Below, in pieces: positions 47,963 through 56,497 of a stretch of DNA of 64,000 bases (positions are counted from its first letter, which is position 1; the number at the start of each line of letters is the position of its first letter). The translations under genes and the position numbers were made by a program. The notes beneath the pieces are model-generated. The model was not told the origin of the DNA. It did not search any database and saw nothing but the letters and a program-made list of their open reading frames with translations. The stretch lies in the NCBI GenBank assembly GCA_965227775.1, contig OZ245777.1, positions 2,528,001-2,592,000 on the forward strand, given 5' to 3'. Origin of the DNA: Phycisphaerales bacterium. Its GTDB lineage: Bacteria; Planctomycetota; Phycisphaerae; Phycisphaerales; UBA1924.

Positions 47963-48149
47963 TGCGGCCCAGCGGGGCCCGGGCGTCCGGACCCCCACGC
48001 GGTGTGCCAGGCCGGCAAACCGCCCGACAGAAACCGATCCTTGATCTCCGGCCGAGCGGTGGCCGGCAACGCGGCTCCGATGGGAGCCCGATGAGAGAGC
48101 CCTTTCGACCGAACGGTCAGAACCAGTTACAGAGAAGGAACCCACTTCA

Positions 48150-48488
48150 ATGGCCGAGAACCCCCAGCAGCAGCAGGTCCAGCTCCGCATCGACGAGAGC
48201 AAGATGCAGACCACCTACGCCAACACCATCCGCAGCAGCACCACCAACGACGAGGTCGTGCTGGACTTCGGCATGAACCTGCCCATGCAGGGCAACGATG
48301 GCAAGCCCGTGCTCAACTTCAGCGTCGGCAGCCGAATCGTGACAAACTGGGCCGGCGCCAAGCGCCTGGCGATCTCGATGGGTCAGATGGTCCGCCAGTA
48401 CGAGGAGCGTAACGGCGAGATCCAGATCAACCGCGGCCAGCCCCAGCCCGGCGCTGAGGGTGGCGACGGCCCGCGCCTGAGCGAGTAA
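48150..48488 (+). CDS. DUF3467 family protein
   Basis: TYAN...EVVLDFG...RIV...AKRL...YEERNGEI pattern; AAGGA RBS; strongly biased codon usage. Confidence 0.82.
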   Translation: MAENPQQQQVQLRIDESKMQTTYANTIRSSTTNDEVVLDFGMNLPMQGNDGKPVLNFSVGSRIVTNWAGAKRLAISMGQMVRQYEERNGEIQINRGQPQPGAEGGDGPRLSE

Positions 48489-48556
48489 CCCAGCCGGGGC
48501 GCACGCCGCCCCGCGCACGGAGGGCAGGCGCCCTCCCCCGGAGGCCCGGCGACCGC

Positions 48557-50554
48557 ATGAGCGCCTCGACGTCCGCATCGTCCAACCCGTCGCTTCCCGG
48601 CAGGTCCTCGCCCGGTGGTTCACCCGCCGCGCGGGGCGCGGCTCCGGGTGCGCCCAGTGCGCAGGAAGCCCTGAGCGACTACCTCGAACGGCTGCTGGAG
48701 CAGCTCTGTACGCTGTCGCGCGCCCAGGCAGGGCTGGCGTTTATCAAGCCCGGCCAGCAGCGTGCGGGTGGACTCGCAGCGTTGCGCGCGCCGGGTGGTG
48801 AGCGGCTGGCCGAGCAGCTCCGGAGCGATGCGCAGCTACTCGCACGGCTCTCAAAGCTGGCCGATCGCGCGGCCGATCTCGCGCAGGAGCAAGCTCAATC
48901 CCAAACCCAGACACAGTCTCAGCCGCTGACTGAGAGTGTCACCATCGGTGGAGGGGCGCTCTACCACGCCCAGGCAACCCACCGTGCGACAGCCGTGCCG
49001 CTTGTCGCGCTGGGCCAGGCCGAGGGTGCGTGCGTCGTGTTGACGCCGATGAGCCAACAAGCCAGTGAACAGGCCAACGGGCTCGCTGAGGGAGCGATGG
49101 TCGCGGCCGCGGGGAACTTCGAGGGCTTCCTCTGGAGCCAGCGGGCCTTGGCCGAGGCCGAGCGAACCGCCCGCCTTCGCGAGACGCTGGAGATGCTCGA
49201 CGCCGCCCAGCGCGGCGCGTCAGCCAAGAGCATGGCGAGCCTCTTCTGCGACGAACTACGCCGCCGATTCGGCTGCTCACGTGTCACGGTCGGGCTGGTG
49301 CAGGGCCACGACATCAGAGCTGTTGCGATCAGCGGGGCCGACACCATCGATCGGCGCAATCCGGCGGTCGAGGCGCTCGAGGCCGCGATGGATGAGTGCG
49401 CGGACCAAGACATCGAGGTGATGTTCCCGCAGAGCGACGAACTCGCGCCCGCTGAGCGCCGCGTTGTGCGTGCCCACGGTGAGCTTTCGCGTAGCTTTGG
49501 GCCCTCAAGCATCGTCAGCCTGCCGCTACGCGTCGATGGGGATCTTGTTGGCGTCGCGGTGCTGGAACGAGACGCCGAAGATCCGTTCCCGCCCGGCTCG
49601 CTCGGATTGCTCCGGTTGGTCGCCGAGTTCATCGGGCCGGCGGTCTGGACCCGGCGCCTTGCCGACCGAGGCATTCTGGCGGTTTCGCGCGATCGCGTGC
49701 TCGACCTGGGCTCGGCAATCGTCGGTCCGCGACACACGCTTCTCAAGCTGGTTGGGGTGCTGGCGATCTTCGTGTTCGTCGTTCTCGCAGCGCTGCCGAT
49801 CCCGGACGTCGTGAGCGCCGAGGCCGAGACCAAGGCCGCGGTGCAGCGCGCTGTTACACCGCCGTACCAGGGGTACCTCGAGTGGGTTGGGGTGAAACCC
49901 GGCGATGAGGTCACCGCGGGCCAATTGCTCGCTCGAATGGACACGACCGAGCGCGAGGCACAGCTCACCCAACTCGACGCCCAGTACGCAGCGCTGCGGA
50001 CAAACCGTGAGAGCGAGTTGTCTCGCGGCCGCATGGAAGACGCACAGGTCCTGACCGAACGGCTTCGTGAGCTCGACGCGGAGATGAGCTTGCTGCGGTA
50101 CCAGATCGACAAGGCCCGCATCGTCGCGCCCGTCGCGGGTCGCGTGGCCGGATCTGACTTGGAACCATGGCTCGATGCACCGATCGCGCCGGACACGCCT
50201 TTGTTGCGGATCGTGGGGGATCAGAACGTCGTCGTCCTACGGGTACCCGAGCGCGACATCGCGGCGGCCCAGCGACGACTGACTGACGAAGGCCAAGAAG
50301 ACGATGGCACCTTTGCCGCACGTGCACGCCCAGACCAACGCCTGCCCGTTCGGCTCATCCGCGTGAATCCGCAGGCCGAAGCCGTCAGCGGCGGCAACGT
50401 GTACCTGGTCGAGGCCGAGATCAAAGGTCAGGCGCCCGTCTGGTTGAAGCCAGGCATGACCGGTCGCGCGCGCGTGCGCGACGGCTGGACTACGCCGCTG
50501 GTTCGGCTTGTGCGGCCGCTCGTCGACCGAGCCCAGATGGCGTGGTGGTGGTAG
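48557..50554 (+). CDS. GAF-domain HlyD/membrane-fusion (periplasmic adaptor) protein
   Basis: GAF (SIVSLPLRVDGDLVGVAVLERD), one TM, lipoyl halves (PYQGYL..VGVKPGDEV / IVAPVAGRV), coiled coil, LKPGMTG. Confidence 0.85.
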   Translation: MSASTSASSNPSLPGRSSPGGSPAARGAAPGAPSAQEALSDYLERLLEQLCTLSRAQAGLAFIKPGQQRAGGLAALRAPGGERLAEQLRSDAQLLARLSKLADRAADLAQEQAQSQTQTQSQPLTESVTIGGGALYHAQATHRATAVPLVALGQAEGACVVLTPMSQQASEQANGLAEGAMVAAAGNFEGFLWSQRALAEAERTARLRETLEMLDAAQRGASAKSMASLFCDELRRRFGCSRVTVGLVQGHDIRAVAISGADTIDRRNPAVEALEAAMDECADQDIEVMFPQSDELAPAERRVVRAHGELSRSFGPSSIVSLPLRVDGDLVGVAVLERDAEDPFPPGSLGLLRLVAEFIGPAVWTRRLADRGILAVSRDRVLDLGSAIVGPRHTLLKLVGVLAIFVFVVLAALPIPDVVSAEAETKAAVQRAVTPPYQGYLEWVGVKPGDEVTAGQLLARMDTTEREAQLTQLDAQYAALRTNRESELSRGRMEDAQVLTERLRELDAEMSLLRYQIDKARIVAPVAGRVAGSDLEPWLDAPIAPDTPLLRIVGDQNVVVLRVPERDIAAAQRRLTDEGQEDDGTFAARARPDQRLPVRLIRVNPQAEAVSGGNVYLVEAEIKGQAPVWLKPGMTGRARVRDGWTTPLVRLVRPLVDRAQMAWWW

Positions 50555-50563
50555 GAGCGCAGC

Positions 50564-52771
50564 ATGGCCGGCCAGCGCGGGCGTGATATTGCCTCGACAT
50601 TCAGCGATCTGTGGTATCGCATCGGCCCGACCATGCCGCGGCTGAGCGCCCACGCTCGTGTCGTACGCCAGCACTTCGGTCCGACCATCGCCTACATCGT
50701 CGAGGACCCGGCTAGCGGCCAGTTCTATCGCATGAGTGAGAGCGCCCACTTCTTCCTGGGCATGCTCGACGGCAAGACGACCGTCGACCAGGCCTGGGAA
50801 GCATGCAACGACCAACTCGGTGATGCGGCCCCCACGCAACGCGAAGTGCTCGACCTCCTTAGCCGGCTCCAGCTCTTCGGCCTCGTGCTGGGCGAGAGCG
50901 CCCTCGATGCCGAGATGCTCGAGCAGCGACTGACCAAGGCCCGCCGCCAGCGCACCCAGAAGCGTACCGGGCGGTGGATGTTCCCGCACGTTCCGATCGT
51001 TAACCCCGAACCGTTCCTGCGTCGGCACGAGAAGCTCTGCCAAATTCTGTTTGGGCGGACCGCCGGTGTGCTGTGGGCGATCCTCGTCTCGATCGCACTC
51101 GTGCTCGTCTTTGCCAACGCCGATCGCTTCGGTGACTCGCTCAACTCGGTCGCACAGCTTGCGCCATCAACACTACTCACGCTTGGTCTGATCTTTGTTG
51201 GCCTTCGCGTCGTGCACGAACTGGGCCATGCCATGGCCTGCAAGGCGTTCGGCGGGCGCAGCACCGAGATTGGTGTGATCCTGATCGCGTATGTGTTGCC
51301 GCTGCCGTATTGCGATGCGAGCAGCGCGTGGCGATTCGCTCGGGTGTGGCCGCGTGTGTGCGTATCGCTGGCCGGCATTCTGGCTGAGACGGTGATCGCC
51401 GCCGTATGCGGGATCTACTGGGCGATCGGCAGCGATCCGGTGCTCCAAAGCGTGGCGTACCAGGTCATGCTTGTTTCGGGCGTCAGCACCTTCGTCTTCA
51501 ACCTCAACCCGCTGCTGCGGTACGACGGGTACTACGTGCTGAGCGATCTGACGGGCACGCCCAACCTCGCCCAGCGTTCGCGTGAGATGGTCAAGTACCT
51601 CATCCAGCGATACGCGTTTGGCGTGCAGGGCGCACGCGGGCCCGCGATCCGTTCGTTGGGCGAAGGCTGGCTGCTGGCCATCTACGGCATCCTTGCGATG
51701 CCATACCGCATTTTCGTCGCCATCGCCATCCTGCTCGTTATCGCTAGCAAGTACCTCACGCTTGGCGTCGCGCTTGCGGTTGCGATGGGTGCAATGTGGT
51801 TGGTATACCCGGTCATGAAGTCCGCGGGCTTCGTCCTGAGCGACCCCAAGCTCGAGGGCCACCGGGGTCGGGCGATCGGTGTCACGCTCGCCGTACTTGC
51901 CCTGGTCTTCGGCCCGATCCTGCTGATCCCACTTCCCACGCCGACGTACGCGGTCGCAACCGTCGAGCCCGCTCGAATGGAGGGCTTGCGAACGCTCGAA
52001 GATGGCCATCTCGACGAGCTTTTGGTCGAGCCCGGCGACCGGGTCGAAGCGGGGCAGGTCGTCGCAAGGCTCGAGAACGTCGCGCTTGCGAGCGAGCTCG
52101 AATCCGCTCTTGCGCGGCAGAAGCAAGCGCAGACCCAGTACCGCGGCTCGCTGCAACGTCCGCCGGCCGAGCAGGAAGAGTACCGCCAGGCGATCCTCGT
52201 TGTTGAGGCGCAGGTCGCCCGGCTAAGACGACGTGTGGAACACCTGGAAGTCGTGGCCCCGGTCTCGGGCATCGTGTCGCCAATGAGCGGCCAGACTTCC
52301 ACGGACCTGCGAGCCATGATCGGCAGCTACGTGCCCAGGGGCACCGCGCTCGGCATGGTCGTCAGCGAGGACGAGTTGCTAATCCGAGCAATGGTGCCCG
52401 ACCGCGACCACGCCTTCGTGTTTCGTGGGCAGGATCAGGAAGAAGTGCAAGCCGCGGTACGCCTTGCTAGCGCGCCCGGCCGCGTGTTCAAGGCCGACGT
52501 GCGGCGGGTCGCAGCGCTGGGTTCGAAGGAACTGACCAGCGCCTCGCTCGCCTCTCAGGCCGGGGGCAGCGTGACGACCGATCCACGCCGCAGCGATCGC
52601 ACGGTCGCGCTCACGCCCAGTTTCGTGGTCGATCTCACGATGCAGCAGGAGACGCCCGCGGCGGCCCCCGGTGTGCGCGCTTCTGTCCGCTTGGAAGGCC
52701 CCAGCAAGCCACTCGGTGCTCGTTGGTGGCGGCGAGCCTCACAGTTCTTCGAAGGGCGAGCGTGGTGGTAG
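50564..52771 (+). CDS. PqqD/RRE-like + M50 (site-2) metalloprotease + HlyD adaptor fusion
   Basis: N-terminal YIVEDPASGQFYRM...LDGKTTV...LLSRLQLFGL; HELGH and NLNPLLRYDGYY; C-terminal LLVEPGDRVEAGQVV...VVAPVSG. Confidence 0.85.
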   Translation: MAGQRGRDIASTFSDLWYRIGPTMPRLSAHARVVRQHFGPTIAYIVEDPASGQFYRMSESAHFFLGMLDGKTTVDQAWEACNDQLGDAAPTQREVLDLLSRLQLFGLVLGESALDAEMLEQRLTKARRQRTQKRTGRWMFPHVPIVNPEPFLRRHEKLCQILFGRTAGVLWAILVSIALVLVFANADRFGDSLNSVAQLAPSTLLTLGLIFVGLRVVHELGHAMACKAFGGRSTEIGVILIAYVLPLPYCDASSAWRFARVWPRVCVSLAGILAETVIAAVCGIYWAIGSDPVLQSVAYQVMLVSGVSTFVFNLNPLLRYDGYYVLSDLTGTPNLAQRSREMVKYLIQRYAFGVQGARGPAIRSLGEGWLLAIYGILAMPYRIFVAIAILLVIASKYLTLGVALAVAMGAMWLVYPVMKSAGFVLSDPKLEGHRGRAIGVTLAVLALVFGPILLIPLPTPTYAVATVEPARMEGLRTLEDGHLDELLVEPGDRVEAGQVVARLENVALASELESALARQKQAQTQYRGSLQRPPAEQEEYRQAILVVEAQVARLRRRVEHLEVVAPVSGIVSPMSGQTSTDLRAMIGSYVPRGTALGMVVSEDELLIRAMVPDRDHAFVFRGQDQEEVQAAVRLASAPGRVFKADVRRVAALGSKELTSASLASQAGGSVTTDPRRSDRTVALTPSFVVDLTMQQETPAAAPGVRASVRLEGPSKPLGARWWRRASQFFEGRAWW

Positions 52772-54810
52772 GCCAAGCCGCGGGCGGCTCAGGCGCCGAT
52801 AGACTCTGGCCCGCGCTCGTGCGAGGCGAGCGACGCGAAGAGCCACTGGAAGGGCTCGACCGTATTGCCGCGAGCATGCAGGGCCGCGTGATCCGGCGCC
52901 GGGTCTCGCGACAAGAACGAGAGCTGGCGAATGCCATCCTCGAGTCCACCGCTTCACTGACGGATCTTACCGAGGCAGCGCTCGACGAACGAATCGACGC
53001 GATCCGCGAGCACGCTCACCGCGTGTCACGTCAGAACGCGAACCTTCGCAGCGATGCCCTGCGAGAGGCCTATGCAGTCGGTGCCGAAGCCGTCCGCCGA
53101 ACCACGGGGCTCACCCTATACGCCGAGCAGGTCATGGGAGGGCTGGTGCTCAGAGGCGGGGCCGTAGCCGAGATGGCCACCGGCGAGGGCAAGACGCTAA
53201 CCGCCATACTCCCAGCGGTGTTAGCAGGGTGGACCGGCCGCGGGGTGCACGTTGCCACCGTAAATGACTACTTGGCCAGGCGTGACGCCGAACTCTGCGA
53301 GCGCGCGTATGCGCGGCTCGGCCTACGTGTCGGCGTGCTGCAAGACGGCATGAAGAAGTCCGACCGCCGCGCGCAGTATGACCTCGACATTACCTACGGC
53401 GCCGACAAGCAGTTCATCTTCGACTTCCTCCGGGATCGCCTGGTGCAGCCGCTTTCACCCAGCGTGACATCAAGCGTGCTCGACGAAGTGACCAAGGGTG
53501 TCCAGGACGACGCGTGGACAGGAGAGGTCGTCCAGCGGGGTCTGCACGCCGCCATCGTGGACGAAGCCGACAGCGTACTGATCGATGAAGCCGCAACACC
53601 AGCCATCATCGCGTTGCCCGCCGGTGACGGCGTTGGTGTCGATACGGCCGAGCGCTACGCCGCCGGCATCGAGCTCGCACGGGCGCTCGATCCCGACACA
53701 CACTACATCGCCGATGCTCGAACGCACCGCGTGACGCTCACCAAGGCTGGTCGAGATCGTTTGGGTGAGCTTGTGCACGATTCTTCTCGCAATCTCCCCG
53801 CATTCTGGGCTGGCCCGAGGCGTCGGGAAGAACTCGTTGTCCAAGCACTAGGTGCGCTCGTGCTGCATAACCGAGACGATGACTACATCGTTCGCAAGAA
53901 CGACAAGGGGGTACGCGAGGTCGTCATCGTCGATCGTTCGACCGGCCGCGTGCTCGAAGGCCGGCAGTGGCAGCTCGGGCTCCACCAAGCGGTCGAGGTC
54001 AAGGAAGGCTTGGAGCCGAGCGAACGCCGCCTCACGGCAGCCCGGGTGAGCTACCAGCGGTACTTCGCGCGGTATCGCTCGCTCTCAGGCATGACCGGCA
54101 CCGGCTGGGAAGTCGCACCCGAACTCTGGCGCACCTACGGGCTCCGCGTAGTTCGCATCCCCACACACCGACCAATAGCGCGGATCGAGGAGCACGATCA
54201 GTGCTTCACGAACGAGCAGGCAAAGTTCGACGCCGTCGCCGAACGCACCCGTCGCGCACATACCGAGGGCCAGCCCGTGCTGGTTGGAACGCGGTCGGTG
54301 CACGACTCGGAGCGCGTTGCCCAGCTGCTGGCCGACCGCGGCCTGCAGTGCCGAGTGCTCAACGCGCGGCACGAGGCCGAAGAAGCCGCGATCATCGAGG
54401 ATGCCGGGAAGGCCGGAGCAATCACCGTGGCGACAAGCATGGCCGGCCGCGGCACCGACATCAAGATCGATGATGGATCAAGGCAAGCCGGCGGCCTGCT
54501 GGTGCTCGCGGTGGAACGCCACCATGAGCGTCGCATCGACCGCCAGCTCTTCGGTCGAAGTGGCCGCCAGGGCGACGTCGGCCGCGCCCTTGCCTTCGTG
54601 AGCCTTGAGGACGAGATGGTCGTGCGATACGGCCTGCGCCCGCTACGCTGGCTCGCGCGCGTGAGCCCCGGCCCACTGGGTCAGGCGCTCACGAGACTGC
54701 TCGTTCGACAGGCTCAGACCGCTGCGACACGCCGCTGGATGCTCATCCGCGACGAGGCCGGCCGGATCGATGCGTGGATCGACCTGGCCTTCCACCAGCA
54801 GAGCCGCTAG
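52765..54810 (+). CDS. secA: Secondary, C-terminally truncated SecA-like DEAD ATPase
   Basis: MATGEGKT, TVNDYLARRD, DEADSVLIDEA, GLHQAVEVKEG, GMTGT, MAGRGTDI, RQLFGRSGRQGD, SLEDE; stops about 60-70 aa later. A paralog rather than the housekeeping copy. Confidence 0.9.
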   Translation: MVGQAAGGSGADRLWPALVRGERREEPLEGLDRIAASMQGRVIRRRVSRQERELANAILESTASLTDLTEAALDERIDAIREHAHRVSRQNANLRSDALREAYAVGAEAVRRTTGLTLYAEQVMGGLVLRGGAVAEMATGEGKTLTAILPAVLAGWTGRGVHVATVNDYLARRDAELCERAYARLGLRVGVLQDGMKKSDRRAQYDLDITYGADKQFIFDFLRDRLVQPLSPSVTSSVLDEVTKGVQDDAWTGEVVQRGLHAAIVDEADSVLIDEAATPAIIALPAGDGVGVDTAERYAAGIELARALDPDTHYIADARTHRVTLTKAGRDRLGELVHDSSRNLPAFWAGPRRREELVVQALGALVLHNRDDDYIVRKNDKGVREVVIVDRSTGRVLEGRQWQLGLHQAVEVKEGLEPSERRLTAARVSYQRYFARYRSLSGMTGTGWEVAPELWRTYGLRVVRIPTHRPIARIEEHDQCFTNEQAKFDAVAERTRRAHTEGQPVLVGTRSVHDSERVAQLLADRGLQCRVLNARHEAEEAAIIEDAGKAGAITVATSMAGRGTDIKIDDGSRQAGGLLVLAVERHHERRIDRQLFGRSGRQGDVGRALAFVSLEDEMVVRYGLRPLRWLARVSPGPLGQALTRLLVRQAQTAATRRWMLIRDEAGRIDAWIDLAFHQQSR

Positions 54811-54814
54811 CGGC

Positions 54815-56299
54815 TTACCACTGCTGGGCGAGCCGTGCCAGCAGGCGTGCGCTGAAGCCCGTGGGTCCCTTGATGTACGGCCCCTCATCCCCATCGACCG
54901 CGTGCGTGCCGGCAATGTCCAGGTGGCACCACGGGATCTTCTCATCGACAAAGTAGCTGAGGAACGCCGCGCCCTGGATTGGGTGGGCCTTGCGGTTGGG
55001 GTTGCTGTTGATGATGTCCGCGATCGGGCTCTTCATCATGTCGCGGTATTCGCGATGAAGCGGGAGCCGCCAGACACGTTCGCCGCTGGCGTCGCTGGCA
55101 CCCTGCACCTTGTCGCGGAGCTTGTCGTCGTCGCACCACATGCCGGCGAAGGTGCTGCCCAATGCGACTACCACGCCGCCGGTGAGCGTGGCAACGTCGA
55201 CGATGGCGGCGGGCTTCTCCTTGTCGCACGCCCAGCACAGCCCATCGGCTAGGACGAGGCGGCCTTCGGCGTCGGTGTTGGTAACCTCGACGGTGACACC
55301 ATTGCGGAAGGTCAGGACATCGTCGGGGCGATACGCCTCGTCGCTGATGGCGTTCTCGGCCGAGCAGAGGAGGGCGACGACCGGCACCTTGGGCTTGATG
55401 GTCTTCGCGATAGCGAGCATCGCGCCCATGACACCACAGCCGCCGTCCTTGTCGCGCTTCATGCCGACCATGCCGCCGCCAACCTTGATGGAGAGGCCGC
55501 CCGAGTCGTAGGTCATCGTCTTGCCGACGAGGACGATGGGCTTGGCCGTCTTGGCAGCGTTCGCCGGGCGGTACTCCATGCGGATGAGATGCGGCTCGTT
55601 CTCGCTGGCCTTGCCAACGTTGATGAGCCCCTCGAGCTTCTCACGCTTCAGCGCGTCGCCCTTCACGGCGGTCACCTTCAGCCCGTGCTTGGTGAGCTTC
55701 TTGGCCTCGGCGAACATCCATGCGGGCGTGGCGATGTTGGGCGGCGTCTGGCTGAGCGTGCGGGCAAAGTTGGCACCCTCGGCGAGTCCGAGGCCCAGTT
55801 GCAACGCCTTCGTGCGGGCGGCCTTGCCCTCGATCACGGCCAACTTCGGCTTCGCGCTCGAGGGGTTGGCGGTGCCGCGGAATGTCTCACAACGCCACGA
55901 GAGCAGGCCAAGGCTCTCGCCGACTGCCGCGAAGGCGTCGTTCTCATCGAGCTTGGCGGCGTTGACGGCATCATCGAGCTCGAACCGAACGCTCGTGACC
56001 TTAGCGGCCGAGAGTTGTCGTCCCGCGGCGGCGATGGCGTTGCGTACGCCGTCGATCGTGAGGTCCTTCGCGTCGCCCAGCCCGAGCAGCAGGACGCGCT
56101 CGGCAGGCTTGCCGTTGGTCGGGTAAGCCGCAGCGATGGAGCCTGCATCGCCCGTGGCCTCGGCGCGCTTGGCTGCGGCGGCCATCGAGCCGTCTGCATC
56201 CAGCTTCTTCGCGGCGGCGCCCAGGCCCTTGCCCTTCAAGATGCCCACGACAATCGCCTGGGGCTGGCCGGTCTTCTTGAGGCTGATCGCGTCGAACAT
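54815..56299 (-). CDS. pepA: Leucyl aminopeptidase (M17)
   Basis: GKTMTYDSGGLSIK, MKRDKDG, NTDAEGRLVLAD, DVATLTG, HLDIAG. Confidence 0.95.
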   Translation of the reverse strand: MFDAISLKKTGQPQAIVVGILKGKGLGAAAKKLDADGSMAAAAKRAEATGDAGSIAAAYPTNGKPAERVLLLGLGDAKDLTIDGVRNAIAAAGRQLSAAKVTSVRFELDDAVNAAKLDENDAFAAVGESLGLLSWRCETFRGTANPSSAKPKLAVIEGKAARTKALQLGLGLAEGANFARTLSQTPPNIATPAWMFAEAKKLTKHGLKVTAVKGDALKREKLEGLINVGKASENEPHLIRMEYRPANAAKTAKPIVLVGKTMTYDSGGLSIKVGGGMVGMKRDKDGGCGVMGAMLAIAKTIKPKVPVVALLCSAENAISDEAYRPDDVLTFRNGVTVEVTNTDAEGRLVLADGLCWACDKEKPAAIVDVATLTGGVVVALGSTFAGMWCDDDKLRDKVQGASDASGERVWRLPLHREYRDMMKSPIADIINSNPNRKAHPIQGAAFLSYFVDEKIPWCHLDIAGTHAVDGDEGPYIKGPTGFSARLLARLAQQW

Positions 56300-56391
56300 T
56301 TTCTGGCTCCCGTCGTGGTCGGCCCGCACCTAGGCGGGTTTGGTTTCTCGTGAAAGGCTGGCAGTGTAGGAGCCGTGGCCTCGGGCGCGCG

Positions 56392-56432
56392 AAAAAGCGG
56401 GCGTGCGACCCATGATGGAGACGCACGCCCGC
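56392..56432 (-). terminator. Intrinsic terminator
   Basis: GCGGGCGTGCG/CGCACGCCCGC 11-bp stem followed by TTTTT on the minus strand. Confidence 0.75.
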
Positions 56433-56497
56433 ACCCGAGAAAGGAAGTCTGTCAGGACTTCGCCCGCGCTCTCACACGGGCCCAAACCGAGAACCGC

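Noticed and set aside
48010..48075. c-di-GMP-I riboswitch (GGCAAAC seed)
   Set aside because: The GNRA-capped P2 and downstream GACGCAAAGC-type consensus are not present
52765..54810. Housekeeping secA or secA pseudogene
   Set aside because: Too short for housekeeping SecA, yet all motor motifs are intact, the frame is clean and a convergent pepA follows 4 nt later with no leftover secA 3' remnant
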